Source: a virus. From it: a DNA stretch of 64,000 nt. Shown here piece after piece: positions 1 through 8,806 of this stretch. Every line of letters begins with the position of its first letter. The stretch's first letter is position 1. Made by a program: the position numbers and the translations under genes. The notes under the pieces are model-generated. The model had not been told where the DNA came from. It worked only from the letters and a program-made list of their open reading frames with translations, and did not search any database. The stretch covers positions 34,323 to 98,322 of the IMG/VR virus record IMGVR_UViG_2077657010_000001; one strand, written 5' to 3'.

Positions 1-167
1 ACTCGCAGTAACAATGTTATTTTTGTTACTGTTATGCGGGTCAAAATCATACGCAAATTGGGGCATATGTGTTACCTCTAAATAGTTAATCTTTATACCG
101 AGTGGCCTTTCCATCCGCACCACCCGCACCTACATATTATGACATCCACATTGCTTTTGGAGTACAC

Positions 168-1406
168 ATGGCGTCTAATTATACGATTGCAGACAGGCCT
201 GCAATTGCACGAGAAAGAAAGACAAAAAACTGGGTGGAGGTGTCAATCAGCGATGTCAATATTAGTCGCCTGTTTGAACTCTACCGACCTATTTATATAC
301 CATTAGATGACTTATTTGGTAAAGAATTAACACTTAACCTTTACGACTATGAAACAAGCATTGCACGTAAAGACTACCCTATCAGTGAGTGGTTAGAACT
401 CATTGGTGATATGGCATTAACTGTCAGTGAGGGTTACCCTGAACTTCACTTCGGTAAGGTGCATTACGTTCCATCGACTTACCATATCGGGACATCGCTT
501 AAGATGGCAAAACGTGATTACGATCCTAGCCATGATGTTGCCGTTGAGGATATGGACGATTTGATTATATCCTTACCTGATATCGATCCATACCATTTAG
601 CTAAGAATGTTCTGTTCAGTGTTGATGGGTTATTTGTTCCGGCTAAATACCAAGACTACGGAGCTAGGCTGTTAAATGCTGGGGAGATGATTCGATTCGG
701 TAAGAAGATTGAATTGGGTATGCTTAACTTTGAAGATGTGGGGCAGGTTGATGTTGAACCGATTACCGCTGACATGGTAGATAAAATCGATCCTGACAAG
801 TCATGGTTTGACCGATTAATTGTCCGTACTAAACAAGACGTAACCAATAAAACAGTTGGTGTGGTGATTGGTGGGTATTTACATTTACTTGACGGTACCG
901 TTAACGTACAAGGCCCTAACACGGTTACCTTATCTTTAGGTAACTATGATTTCCTAGAACGTGTTAACCAAACAAAAGACATCTTGGATCTATCGTTCAT
1001 GGAAATGGATAACCTAGACACTATCGGGTATGTCAACCGTTTCTTGACAGAAGATAATGCACACAAATACCTCACGTCAAAATACAGCTTTTTGGTGATT
1101 ATTGATAACCCTCACTTGATGCGTGAGTCTAGCGGTATTATGAATGTAGGCAAATTGGGTACCTACCTCATCCCGGAACAACATCATCTTGGTTGGTTAA
1201 TCGATCAATATGGGCGGGGATTAGAATACTGGCCTAAATACGAATGTGGGATGTGGGCACTGTCTACCTCTCGGTTTGAGTACCAAAGCTGGATGGCTGA
1301 GACAGTAGGCTGGGAGAAACTGATTGCTTTTAATGATGCGGCAGAGCCTTACACACCACATGAGGAAGTTGCACCTGAAATGGTCACCTTTTATGCTAAG
1401 GTCTAA
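168..1406 (+). CDS. Putative virion structural protein (phiKZ-like phage conserved)
   Basis: Long ORF (track 102..1406); likely start ATG168 after GGAG RBS; followed by a terminator; product inferred from context only. Confidence 0.5.
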   Translation: MASNYTIADRPAIARERKTKNWVEVSISDVNISRLFELYRPIYIPLDDLFGKELTLNLYDYETSIARKDYPISEWLELIGDMALTVSEGYPELHFGKVHYVPSTYHIGTSLKMAKRDYDPSHDVAVEDMDDLIISLPDIDPYHLAKNVLFSVDGLFVPAKYQDYGARLLNAGEMIRFGKKIELGMLNFEDVGQVDVEPITADMVDKIDPDKSWFDRLIVRTKQDVTNKTVGVVIGGYLHLLDGTVNVQGPNTVTLSLGNYDFLERVNQTKDILDLSFMEMDNLDTIGYVNRFLTEDNAHKYLTSKYSFLVIIDNPHLMRESSGIMNVGKLGTYLIPEQHHLGWLIDQYGRGLEYWPKYECGMWALSTSRFEYQSWMAETVGWEKLIAFNDAAEPYTPHEEVAPEMVTFYAKV

Positions 1407-1409
1407 TTG

Positions 1410-1431
1410 GGAGGCTACGGCCTCCTTTTTT
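1410..1431 (+). terminator. Rho-independent terminator
   Basis: GGAGGC-TACG-GCCTCC followed by a T-run. Confidence 0.85.
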
Positions 1432-1452
1432 ATTTGCCATGATTGTAAAAAA

Positions 1453-1500
1453 TTTCAGATATATATCATCGTAGTGAAGAGAGAAGACAATCCCTCTTCA
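1453..1500 (+). promoter_or_regulatory. Putative early (virion RNAP) promoter plus 5' stem-loop, copy 1
   Basis: TTTCAGATATATATCATcgtaGTGAAGAGAGAAGACAATCCCTCTTCA; near-identical copy at 63496-63543. Confidence 0.7.
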
Positions 1501-1544
1501 TCACGTGCATACTGCACAATGTTTTTACTATGGAGAATAAAATT

Positions 1545-2090
1545 ATGCGCAATATCACAGCGAGTCAAGCACTTCAGGTGCTTCTAGAGAAAGTCAATGC
1601 GGAAGGCATTGACTCATTACAAAACGCGCTGCAGTTCACTGTCACCAGTGAACATGACGCTGAGATTGCTATGCAAGTTGCTGATGCAATAAGCGACCGT
1701 AACGATGCTGTGCAAGATGCACAGCAGTTAAATGGTAAAGTGGTAGTTGTCCAGTTGGGCAACTATGGCGATAGCCAAGGTGCGGCCTTGGCTAAAGGCC
1801 AAGTGCTGTCCGCGATGTTTAACATGGGGGGCGGGGTGACATACCTCGTCGCCACACCGAAAGGTGTGGCTGCAGCTACACCCGTGCGGGGTGGTGGCAA
1901 TATGTACTCCACGCACTGTATGCCAGTCCCAGAGTATTCCGGTTGGATACTCCAAAACTGGGGACTTGACATAACTGATCATGAAGATGCTCTTAATGAG
2001 AGCACGCTTCTAGGTGATAACATCACCGACGATAGAGTGATGATGAAGTTAATCAAGGAAGCCTTAGAGGACTTCCTCTATGAAGGCTAA
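1545..2090 (+). CDS. Hypothetical early protein, paralog of 63122..63490
   Basis: GGAG RBS before ATG1545 (track start 1530); shares the GxxxDSxGxxxxxGxV and VxTPxGV blocks with the 63122 ORF. Confidence 0.75.
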   Translation: MRNITASQALQVLLEKVNAEGIDSLQNALQFTVTSEHDAEIAMQVADAISDRNDAVQDAQQLNGKVVVVQLGNYGDSQGAALAKGQVLSAMFNMGGGVTYLVATPKGVAAATPVRGGGNMYSTHCMPVPEYSGWILQNWGLDITDHEDALNESTLLGDNITDDRVMMKLIKEALEDFLYEG

Positions 2091-2100
2091 ATAATATAAA

Positions 2101-2130
2101 AGAGGGAGCATTAGCTCTCTCTTTTTTTTG
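2101..2130 (+). terminator. Terminator (duplicate copy 1)
   Basis: AGAGGGAGC-ATTA-GCTCTCTCT plus T-run; identical hairpin at 2927. Confidence 0.85.
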
Positions 2131-2155
2131 CGTATAATTCCTAAGGAGATTTAAC

Positions 2156-2914
2156 ATGACTACCAATATTAAAACTGAGGATCTTATTGCGTTCTCAACA
2201 CGCAACGAGTTTTACACTAACATTTACATTGGACGCCACATTGCAACCATTCGTTGTAACAGACTACCTAAAACTGCTGTGAAGGCACTAAAGCAGTGTG
2301 GTCTAATACCGCACAAGTTAATTGACTTAGATTTCAATATCGGACTGGCCATAGTGGGTGACAATTATGCCTTTGTGGATAAAGAATATCTCGACGATGA
2401 TCAATGGCGTGGTATTGTTGTCACCAAAGAGCAGCTGTGCGATGTGTTCTGTATTGATGATATAGACATGTATGTTGATCACTTAGATAGTGAGCACACT
2501 ATGAGACTGGCAACGTACGAATCAGAAGACTTTTCCAGTGCTGAACACCTCAACAGTACTGTGACCAAGGTATTCAATAACTTTAATATCATACACGCCA
2601 TGCTCAGCGGACACACCCCAGAAATGAATACTGAGGTGCTTGTTGACGTCAAAGACACAATCCTCGATAAATCCATTGCAGAAGGACACGGTCGCCTATG
2701 TTGGGGGCGTATCGTTGGACATTCCAATGATGAGGTTATTGTTCAAATCGACAATAAGCAATTCTACTGCGCTGCGGGTAACTCAGTTAACCATTTATTC
2801 GCAACGGAGTTGTACGTTAAGGATAAATGTCCAACAACCTACTATGAGGTCGGTGATGTATCCAACCATAAATCCCGCACAATGAATGCATTTCTTTCAT
2901 TGTGTAAACGTTAG
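2156..2914 (+). CDS. Hypothetical protein flanked by identical terminators
   Basis: 252 aa ORF, TAAGGAG RBS. Confidence 0.8.
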   Translation: MTTNIKTEDLIAFSTRNEFYTNIYIGRHIATIRCNRLPKTAVKALKQCGLIPHKLIDLDFNIGLAIVGDNYAFVDKEYLDDDQWRGIVVTKEQLCDVFCIDDIDMYVDHLDSEHTMRLATYESEDFSSAEHLNSTVTKVFNNFNIIHAMLSGHTPEMNTEVLVDVKDTILDKSIAEGHGRLCWGRIVGHSNDEVIVQIDNKQFYCAAGNSVNHLFATELYVKDKCPTTYYEVGDVSNHKSRTMNAFLSLCKR

Positions 2915-2926
2915 TATAAGCTATTA

Positions 2927-2957
2927 AGAGGGAGCATTAGCTCTCTCTTTTTTTTTG
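2927..2957 (+). terminator. Terminator (duplicate copy 2)
   Basis: Same 21 nt AGAGGGAGCATTAGCTCTCTC plus T-run as 2101. Confidence 0.85.
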
Positions 2958-2966
2958 CCTATTTTG

Positions 2967-3047
2967 TTTTCCCCTCACTCTTCTTCTCTTTCTCTTCCCC
3001 CCTTTAAAATCCCCCTTTCTCTATCTCTTCTTCTCTCTCCCCTTTCT
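2967..3047. repeat. Polypyrimidine/polypurine tract with internal repeats
   Basis: About 80 nt almost entirely C/T on + strand; CTCTTCTTCTCT at 2978 and 3025; CCCCTTT three times. Confidence 0.85.
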
Positions 3048-3149
3048 GGTCGCCTCTCCAGTCAGGGCCCCCCACATAGGGGCCCCCTTCCCAAGGAGCG
3101 GCTCAAAGGCGTCTTCAAAAGAAGACTAAGTGCGTAAAAAAATACAGGA

Positions 3150-3209
3150 AGTCTTCTAATCTCCCACGTATAAGATGTGGTATATACGTGGGTAGTAGAT
3201 TAGAAGACT
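3150..3209. other. Long interrupted inverted repeat
   Basis: AGTCTTCTAATCT/AGATTAGAAGACT (13 bp) plus CCCACGTATA/TATACGTGGG (10 bp). Confidence 0.85.
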
Positions 3210-3220
3210 CTATTTGGGTT

Positions 3221-4228
3221 TTAATGGTTACTTGATCCGTAATGAATGTAATCACATTTTATATTTTTTGCCATTAATTGGCCTGTCACTGACACATTCG
3301 ATCCAAATATTGCATCTCCTTGGACTTCACAGCCGCCTCCTGCTGATGCACCGCCGCCGCCGACTGATAGGGCGGCACATGACAAGAGTCCCGTACAAGC
3401 CGTTTTAGGGGCATTAGATGTTACCTTATCAGCATTGAATGTAATTTGCTTTCCATTGATGGTGGTGGTATCAGTCGTCGCTGTCCATGTTTTCGTTTTG
3501 AATGTCATGGATTTACTGGCTTCCACTTTAAAGTCTTTACACTTAAAGGAGATGGTATTGACTGCGGTATAATTGATACTGTCAGGGGCATAAGCATCAA
3601 TACACTTTTTATCCAACTTAAGGTAAGTGCCATTCTCATTCTTAAAGCCGATAACCGTTTCATCACTGTTCATGTACATGATGTTACCGACATTGTCTTG
3701 GAGGGTAAAGAAGCCTTCACCTGTATTGAGTTGTAAGGTGTATGAGAAAGGTTCACCGTTGGCCATGGAAGTTTTTAATGTAATGTGCTTATCATGGGTA
3801 GATAGCTCTAACCAGTATGCGTTAGAGAGGTCATCTTTGATTGGGTTATCGGGATCGGCTGACCATGCATACAGTTTGGTCTCTAATCGCTTCACATTGG
3901 AGATATTGAAATCTGTCCAAAAGTAGTTATCCGTATCCCCTAACCGCCATATCAACACATGGTCATTTCGACGCACATCTGGGGCAAGCATCGAATTAGA
4001 GTTGAGCTTTAACCATTTAGCTGGAATACTGTTGGTTCGTTTAACCTTGATGACTTCAGGTCCCTCATCCGTATCGTACTGGTCTTCCACCAAATCAACC
4101 ACATCCAATACATCCTCATCGATACTCATACGGTATTCGATAGGGAACACACGGATAGTTTTCGTGTTCCGAGGTTTATTTCTAGCAACCAACCCCCAAC
4201 TATGGAAATGTAATTGTGATAATTCCAC
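3221..4228 (-). CDS. Baseplate central spike-like protein (Gp5/GpV-like; phiKZ gp164-like)
   Basis: N-terminal region with APDVRRNDHVLIW; C-terminal short alternating beta-strand repeats typical of a beta-helix spike; divergent from SbcC as in phiKZ-like genomes; GGAG RBS before GTG. Confidence 0.6.
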   Translation of the reverse strand: MELSQLHFHSWGLVARNKPRNTKTIRVFPIEYRMSIDEDVLDVVDLVEDQYDTDEGPEVIKVKRTNSIPAKWLKLNSNSMLAPDVRRNDHVLIWRLGDTDNYFWTDFNISNVKRLETKLYAWSADPDNPIKDDLSNAYWLELSTHDKHITLKTSMANGEPFSYTLQLNTGEGFFTLQDNVGNIMYMNSDETVIGFKNENGTYLKLDKKCIDAYAPDSINYTAVNTISFKCKDFKVEASKSMTFKTKTWTATTDTTTINGKQITFNADKVTSNAPKTACTGLLSCAALSVGGGGASAGGGCEVQGDAIFGSNVSVTGQLMAKNIKCDYIHYGSSNH

Positions 4229-4312
4229 ACACTGCTCCTTAATTAGAATAAGTAAATAAATATTGATATCGCATTTATATGCGGACCCACTATAGGAATT
4301 ACAAGGATCAAA

Positions 4313-4447
4313 ATGAAATCTCTTGATGAGATGGCAAAAGCATTTAAGGATTTTGCCACCGGCCTGCGAAAATTACAAGTTTCCATCCAACACCGTAAGG
4401 AGAATACCTCACATGGAAATCACAGAAAAAACACACTTAAACAATAA
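4313..4447 (+). CDS. Small hypothetical protein (44 aa, not in ORF track)
   Basis: AAGGA RBS, MKSLDEMAKAFKDFATGLRKLQVSIQHRKENTSHGNHRKNTLKQ*. Confidence 0.35.
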   Translation: MKSLDEMAKAFKDFATGLRKLQVSIQHRKENTSHGNHRKNTLKQ

Positions 4448-4985
4448 AGCATTACGTGAATCTGCAACACTTATCACACGTTCCCCAATCAAATTAGCAC
4501 GCTTTTTGTTTGCACTTGGACAAATCCCACATAGCGGTTTTCATGTTAATGAAGCAGGCACTTCGACGGGCAATGCATTATCGTTTACCCATCAGCTTAC
4601 CAATGACGATATGTTGCATATGAGCTTTTGGCATGATGCTGCACGCGTACAAACAAAAGCCGGTGGTCTTAACTGGTTAAATGGTCAGTTATATATGGGC
4701 CATAGTCCCATTGTGTCTTTTGAATGGGATGTGTATGTGGATGTCCAAACGTTACAATACACACTGTATGGACAACTGCTGGAATTCCGGGGTACGGATA
4801 CGCATGATAAAGCAGTCCTATACTGCCAGGCGTTTCACCATTACGCTAACAAGTATATTGATGTCGGCGATGCTGTCTATGAACCCGAGCACGCGTTTCA
4901 GGTGAATGAACACTGGCATGAACTTCTAGGCAAAACTATCCCATTGACTGATGGTTTGTTAGAAGATTTAGGCGTAGTGCGCTAG
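4413..4985 (+). CDS. Hypothetical protein
   Basis: TAAGGAG RBS before ATG4413 (track start 4323); terminator follows. Confidence 0.75.
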   Translation: MEITEKTHLNNKALRESATLITRSPIKLARFLFALGQIPHSGFHVNEAGTSTGNALSFTHQLTNDDMLHMSFWHDAARVQTKAGGLNWLNGQLYMGHSPIVSFEWDVYVDVQTLQYTLYGQLLEFRGTDTHDKAVLYCQAFHHYANKYIDVGDAVYEPEHAFQVNEHWHELLGKTIPLTDGLLEDLGVVR

Positions 4986-5003
4986 TCACCTCCTACAATA
5001 CAT

Positions 5004-5036
5004 GAGTGCGCCTTTGGGTGCACTCTTTATTTTTTT
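5004..5036 (+). terminator. Rho-independent terminator
   Basis: GAGTGCGCC-TTTG-GGTGCACTC plus T-rich tail. Confidence 0.8.
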
Positions 5037-5088
5037 ATCTGTGTCCCTTTCCTATAGTAACGAATTATACATCAAATAGGAATATACA

Positions 5089-7587
5089 ATGAGTTTGACC
5101 TTTGAGAGTATTGAACTCATCGACTTTGACCGTATGGCCTTGAATGGTATCCGCCGATTTAAGTTGACATTAGATAAGATGATCACCCTTATCCTCGGTC
5201 GTAATGGCTGTGGTAAGTCTAGTCTTCTTGAACAGTTAACGTTAATGTGTCCCGATAAAGATGACTATAGTGTAGGCGGTGGCCGTGTTATCTGGTTTGT
5301 CTATAACGGCAGACGGTACCAATCTACTTGCATGCTAAAAGGTAAGTCGTTCAAATGCACCATCAGTGATGATACTGGTCATGTCTATTGTGATAACGTA
5401 AATCCAAAAGTCTATCACCTCACTATTGAAGATATGTTTAACTTCAATCGGATTATCAGTGATATCATCACTGGACGTTATTCCATCACGTCAATGAATA
5501 CCACTGAGCGTCGTAAACTCTTCACTGCGATTACTGAGTCCGACCTCACCTATGCGTTGAAGTTTTACAATAAAGCTAAATCCAAACTTAGAGATTCAAT
5601 CGGTACAACAAAGTGGCTTAAAAAAGAAATCGGCACATTGAAAACACAAATCATCAATGATGAAGATGAAATGAAAGCCACCAAGGAACGCATCGAAACC
5701 ATCAAAGGGGAAATTGTTAAGCTTGATGAGCAGATACAATACATTACCAGTTATATCCCCACGATTAAGCTATCGCCTGAGAATGCTGAGAAACAGCTTG
5801 AATCGCTCAATGACACGATGTTGGGTATAGATATACATTATCCCACATTAGTATCTGGCGTTGAACCTGATGCGATACAGAGCGAAATAGCCCGCATTGA
5901 CGGTAGCCTTTCTCAGATGAGTGAACAGTTGGAAGATTTGGACAGTCGTATACGTACTGCAAAAGAATATGACGCGACTGACGTGGACGCATTAAAGCGT
6001 GAATTGAATATCGTCAATACCTACCTTGTAGCATGGCCAGAAAAATGTGCTCCGTTTGATAATTTGCTTAATCTAAACGAAGATACACTCAAGATGGCCA
6101 GTAACCATTATGAGAATCTAACCGGCACGCTATATAATTATATTAATGCCTTGATGCCGTACAATGATATTATCGCAGATTGTGGCCAACAGCTTGATGT
6201 CAAATTCCAAGAACGTAATAAGGTATTAGCTGAACGTGACCGTATTGGGATGCAATGTAAAATGCTGCGCGAGGAGATTGAGCAGTTAAAGTCGGTGCAA
6301 GATGTCACGTGTGATAACTGTGGTAATATATTTAAGCCGGGGCACCGTAATGTTACCGTAGAAGATCATACTGAAAAGCTAAACACATTGATCGGTTATT
6401 ATGATGATTTGGACAATCAATATAAAACATTGTCTGAAGAAGTATCACGTCTTAATGAAGCCAAGCTATGTAAAGACAAGGTATTCTCACAAATCCATGA
6501 GATGTCTAAGTACCCAGCCTACAATAAACTTCTTGTCCAGCTACATACCGACACTGAAAAGTGGACTGCATTTAACATGACAGTCATCTCATCGACTATC
6601 AACCAGTTCGGAGATGCACTCGCGTGGGCGATGCGCATCAATGACTATAAAGCGAGGGAAACCAAACTTAAAAATGATATCGAGATTGCGGTTGCGACAC
6701 AAGTTGAAGATATCGATGCGTTAACTAAAAAGTATAATCAGGCCTCTGACCATTGTAGTGAATTACAACGTAAACGTAATTTACTGGTCACTGACATGAA
6801 TACCTACACACGCTATGCAGATAACCTTAACCGTGTTAATGATATTGGTGAGAGAATACAATCTCTTAGTGAGGAATGGCAGAAGGGTCATGTTAAGCAA
6901 AACTGTGAGGCGATTATCGGTAATCTTACCGAGCAGCGTGACTCATGGTGGACGGTGTTAGCTGAGGCCAATAAACGTTTCAATGAGATGGATGGCCAAC
7001 GCAAGAAGTTGTCCATGATGGAACAGCAGTTGGAAGATTCTACTGCTTCAGTTGAGCGTTTGACTAAAATCGTTAAGGCGATGTCACCTGACGAGGGTTT
7101 GCTCTCTAAATACCTTTACCAATCCATTCGTCGCATTGTCTCACTCATGTCTGAGTTTATCTCACACATTTGGGGATATGAGATGAAAGTATTGCCTTGT
7201 GATATCGAGGATGGTGAATTGGATTATAAATTCCCCTACGTGATACCCAGCAGCGGTGTAGAGCGTAAGGATATTGCAAAATCCTCTTCTGCACAATTAG
7301 GGGTGTTTGACTTTGTATTCATTCTTGCTACTTACCGCGTAATGGGTTTAAAAGGTTATCCATTGAAAGCGGATGAGACATTGTCTGCATTTGATGATGG
7401 TCACCGTGACAGTGCTATCAATTTTATTAAGACGATTGTAGCCCGAGGCGATCATAGTCAAAGTCTTATGGTTTCTCATGATGCAGATACCCACTTTAAA
7501 CTCACTAATGCAGATAACGTTGTGATTGACCCAGAAGGTATTGTACTACCACCGGAGTATAATGTAAATGTTGAAATCGACTACTAG
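5089..7587 (+). CDS. sbcC: SbcC/Rad50-like SMC ATPase (phiKZ gp165-like)
   Basis: Walker A GRNGCGKS, long coiled coil, zinc hook CDNC, signature-like SSAQ, Walker B/D-loop LKADETLSAFD, H-loop VSHD. Confidence 0.92.
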   Translation: MSLTFESIELIDFDRMALNGIRRFKLTLDKMITLILGRNGCGKSSLLEQLTLMCPDKDDYSVGGGRVIWFVYNGRRYQSTCMLKGKSFKCTISDDTGHVYCDNVNPKVYHLTIEDMFNFNRIISDIITGRYSITSMNTTERRKLFTAITESDLTYALKFYNKAKSKLRDSIGTTKWLKKEIGTLKTQIINDEDEMKATKERIETIKGEIVKLDEQIQYITSYIPTIKLSPENAEKQLESLNDTMLGIDIHYPTLVSGVEPDAIQSEIARIDGSLSQMSEQLEDLDSRIRTAKEYDATDVDALKRELNIVNTYLVAWPEKCAPFDNLLNLNEDTLKMASNHYENLTGTLYNYINALMPYNDIIADCGQQLDVKFQERNKVLAERDRIGMQCKMLREEIEQLKSVQDVTCDNCGNIFKPGHRNVTVEDHTEKLNTLIGYYDDLDNQYKTLSEEVSRLNEAKLCKDKVFSQIHEMSKYPAYNKLLVQLHTDTEKWTAFNMTVISSTINQFGDALAWAMRINDYKARETKLKNDIEIAVATQVEDIDALTKKYNQASDHCSELQRKRNLLVTDMNTYTRYADNLNRVNDIGERIQSLSEEWQKGHVKQNCEAIIGNLTEQRDSWWTVLAEANKRFNEMDGQRKKLSMMEQQLEDSTASVERLTKIVKAMSPDEGLLSKYLYQSIRRIVSLMSEFISHIWGYEMKVLPCDIEDGELDYKFPYVIPSSGVERKDIAKSSSAQLGVFDFVFILATYRVMGLKGYPLKADETLSAFDDGHRDSAINFIKTIVARGDHSQSLMVSHDADTHFKLTNADNVVIDPEGIVLPPEYNVNVEIDY

Positions 7588-7603
7588 TCAAAGAGGGAAT
7601 AAC

Positions 7604-7999
7604 ATGATCATCGACCTGACACAAAAAGAGGTCGGTGTGCGAATTGAGGCCTCCTCACATATTGAGGAATCAGCAATAAAGCGGGAGTTTGAAACGCATA
7701 TAAATTTTGATGTTTGTAGTGCAATATACTCGGCACTTCCAGATACACTGACACCCAATACACTCTACTTGTATATCAGGGATGGGAAGTTATGTGTCAT
7801 CGTAAGTGATGAGGAGGGTTATATTGCCCATATACACGGGTCACGTGGACTACTCCGATTTATGCGTACTCGCTTTACAATTTGTACAACGAAAACCGCA
7901 GCGGTATATATAAAGGAAAAAACGAAATACTTGCAGAGTATGTTACATTGGTATAACTACGAGGTGTGGGACATTGCTAACGGTAGCATCACGGGATAA
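7604..7999 (+). CDS. Hypothetical protein
   Basis: GAGGG RBS before ATG7604 (track start 7568). Confidence 0.7.
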   Translation: MIIDLTQKEVGVRIEASSHIEESAIKREFETHINFDVCSAIYSALPDTLTPNTLYLYIRDGKLCVIVSDEEGYIAHIHGSRGLLRFMRTRFTICTTKTAAVYIKEKTKYLQSMLHWYNYEVWDIANGSITG

Positions 8000-8435
8000 C
8001 TTATCTGAAAGATGTATCACAAATGCGCCTGAGCAGACTATTATCATTACGACTAACTGTGAGGGCGCTGCTGGTAGAGGGGTAGTTTTGGCTATGAGGA
8101 GTAAGTACCCTTCTGTTTATAAGAAGTATAAACGTTTATGTAAGGAGGGTATTTATCATCCCAACATGTTAGTTACTGCCGATATTGGTAACGGTAAACA
8201 ATTATTACTCTTCCCCACGAAAGTCCAATGGCGTAAGCCTTCTTATGTGGAAATGGTTTGTGACAACTTATACATACTTTTAGATAATATTGATGTCCTT
8301 AACATTGAGAGTATTGCTACGCCTAGCATGGGGATGGAGAATGGGTGGTTAAAAGGAGAGGATAAAATGCGGGTCAATGATACCATGACACGTGTGTTTG
8401 AAGAAGCCCATATACCGGTTACATGGTACCGCTAA
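7974..8435 (+). CDS. Macrodomain protein, DarG/TARG1-like ADP-ribose hydrolase
   Basis: TNCEGAAGRGVVLAMRSKYP, LLFPTKVQWRKPS (catalytic-type Lys), SIATPSMGMENG match the macrodomain pattern; TTG start after GAGG. Confidence 0.85.
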   Translation: MLTVASRDNLSERCITNAPEQTIIITTNCEGAAGRGVVLAMRSKYPSVYKKYKRLCKEGIYHPNMLVTADIGNGKQLLLFPTKVQWRKPSYVEMVCDNLYILLDNIDVLNIESIATPSMGMENGWLKGEDKMRVNDTMTRVFEEAHIPVTWYR

Positions 8436-8445
8436 CCAATCACCA

Positions 8446-8468
8446 TTCAGGCATATATCATGAATGTG
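8446..8468 (+). promoter_or_regulatory. Putative early promoter motif
   Basis: TTCAG-GCATATATCAT-GAAT-GTG fits the window consensus. Confidence 0.55.
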
Positions 8469-8501
8469 GTATTAGGTAATGTATCTTTTAAGGATGTTAT
8501 T

Positions 8502-8786
8502 ATGGAGTATTATCAAGAAGCGATTCGTCTTATCGAGAATGCGAGTATGTATGAGACCAAGCGTCAAAACAATATACCGTATAAGAAAATCCATGTGAAG
8601 ATTGTTCAGATGACGGCCGTCGGTATTAAAAAGGTGGCAGGTCTGGATGTGACTGATAAGGAGACCCTTTATCAGCTCAATGAAGCGTTAGATTCACAAG
8701 GATGGAATATCTTAAAATCGGATGGTAAGTATTGTCTTATTAGCCATGACCGAATCAAACACTGGCCAATGATCGGCAAGCAATAA
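8502..8786 (+). CDS. Hypothetical protein
   Basis: AAGGA RBS before ATG8502; track start 8460 lies inside the promoter motif. Confidence 0.7.
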   Translation: MEYYQEAIRLIENASMYETKRQNNIPYKKIHVKIVQMTAVGIKKVAGLDVTDKETLYQLNEALDSQGWNILKSDGKYCLISHDRIKHWPMIGKQ

Positions 8787-8806
8787 AGTTTTAAACGGAG
8801 TATAAA

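Noticed and set aside
2955-3137. 60 aa ORF over the pyrimidine tract
   Set aside because: TTG start inside a terminator T-run, no RBS, Leu/Ser/Pro low complexity caused by base composition
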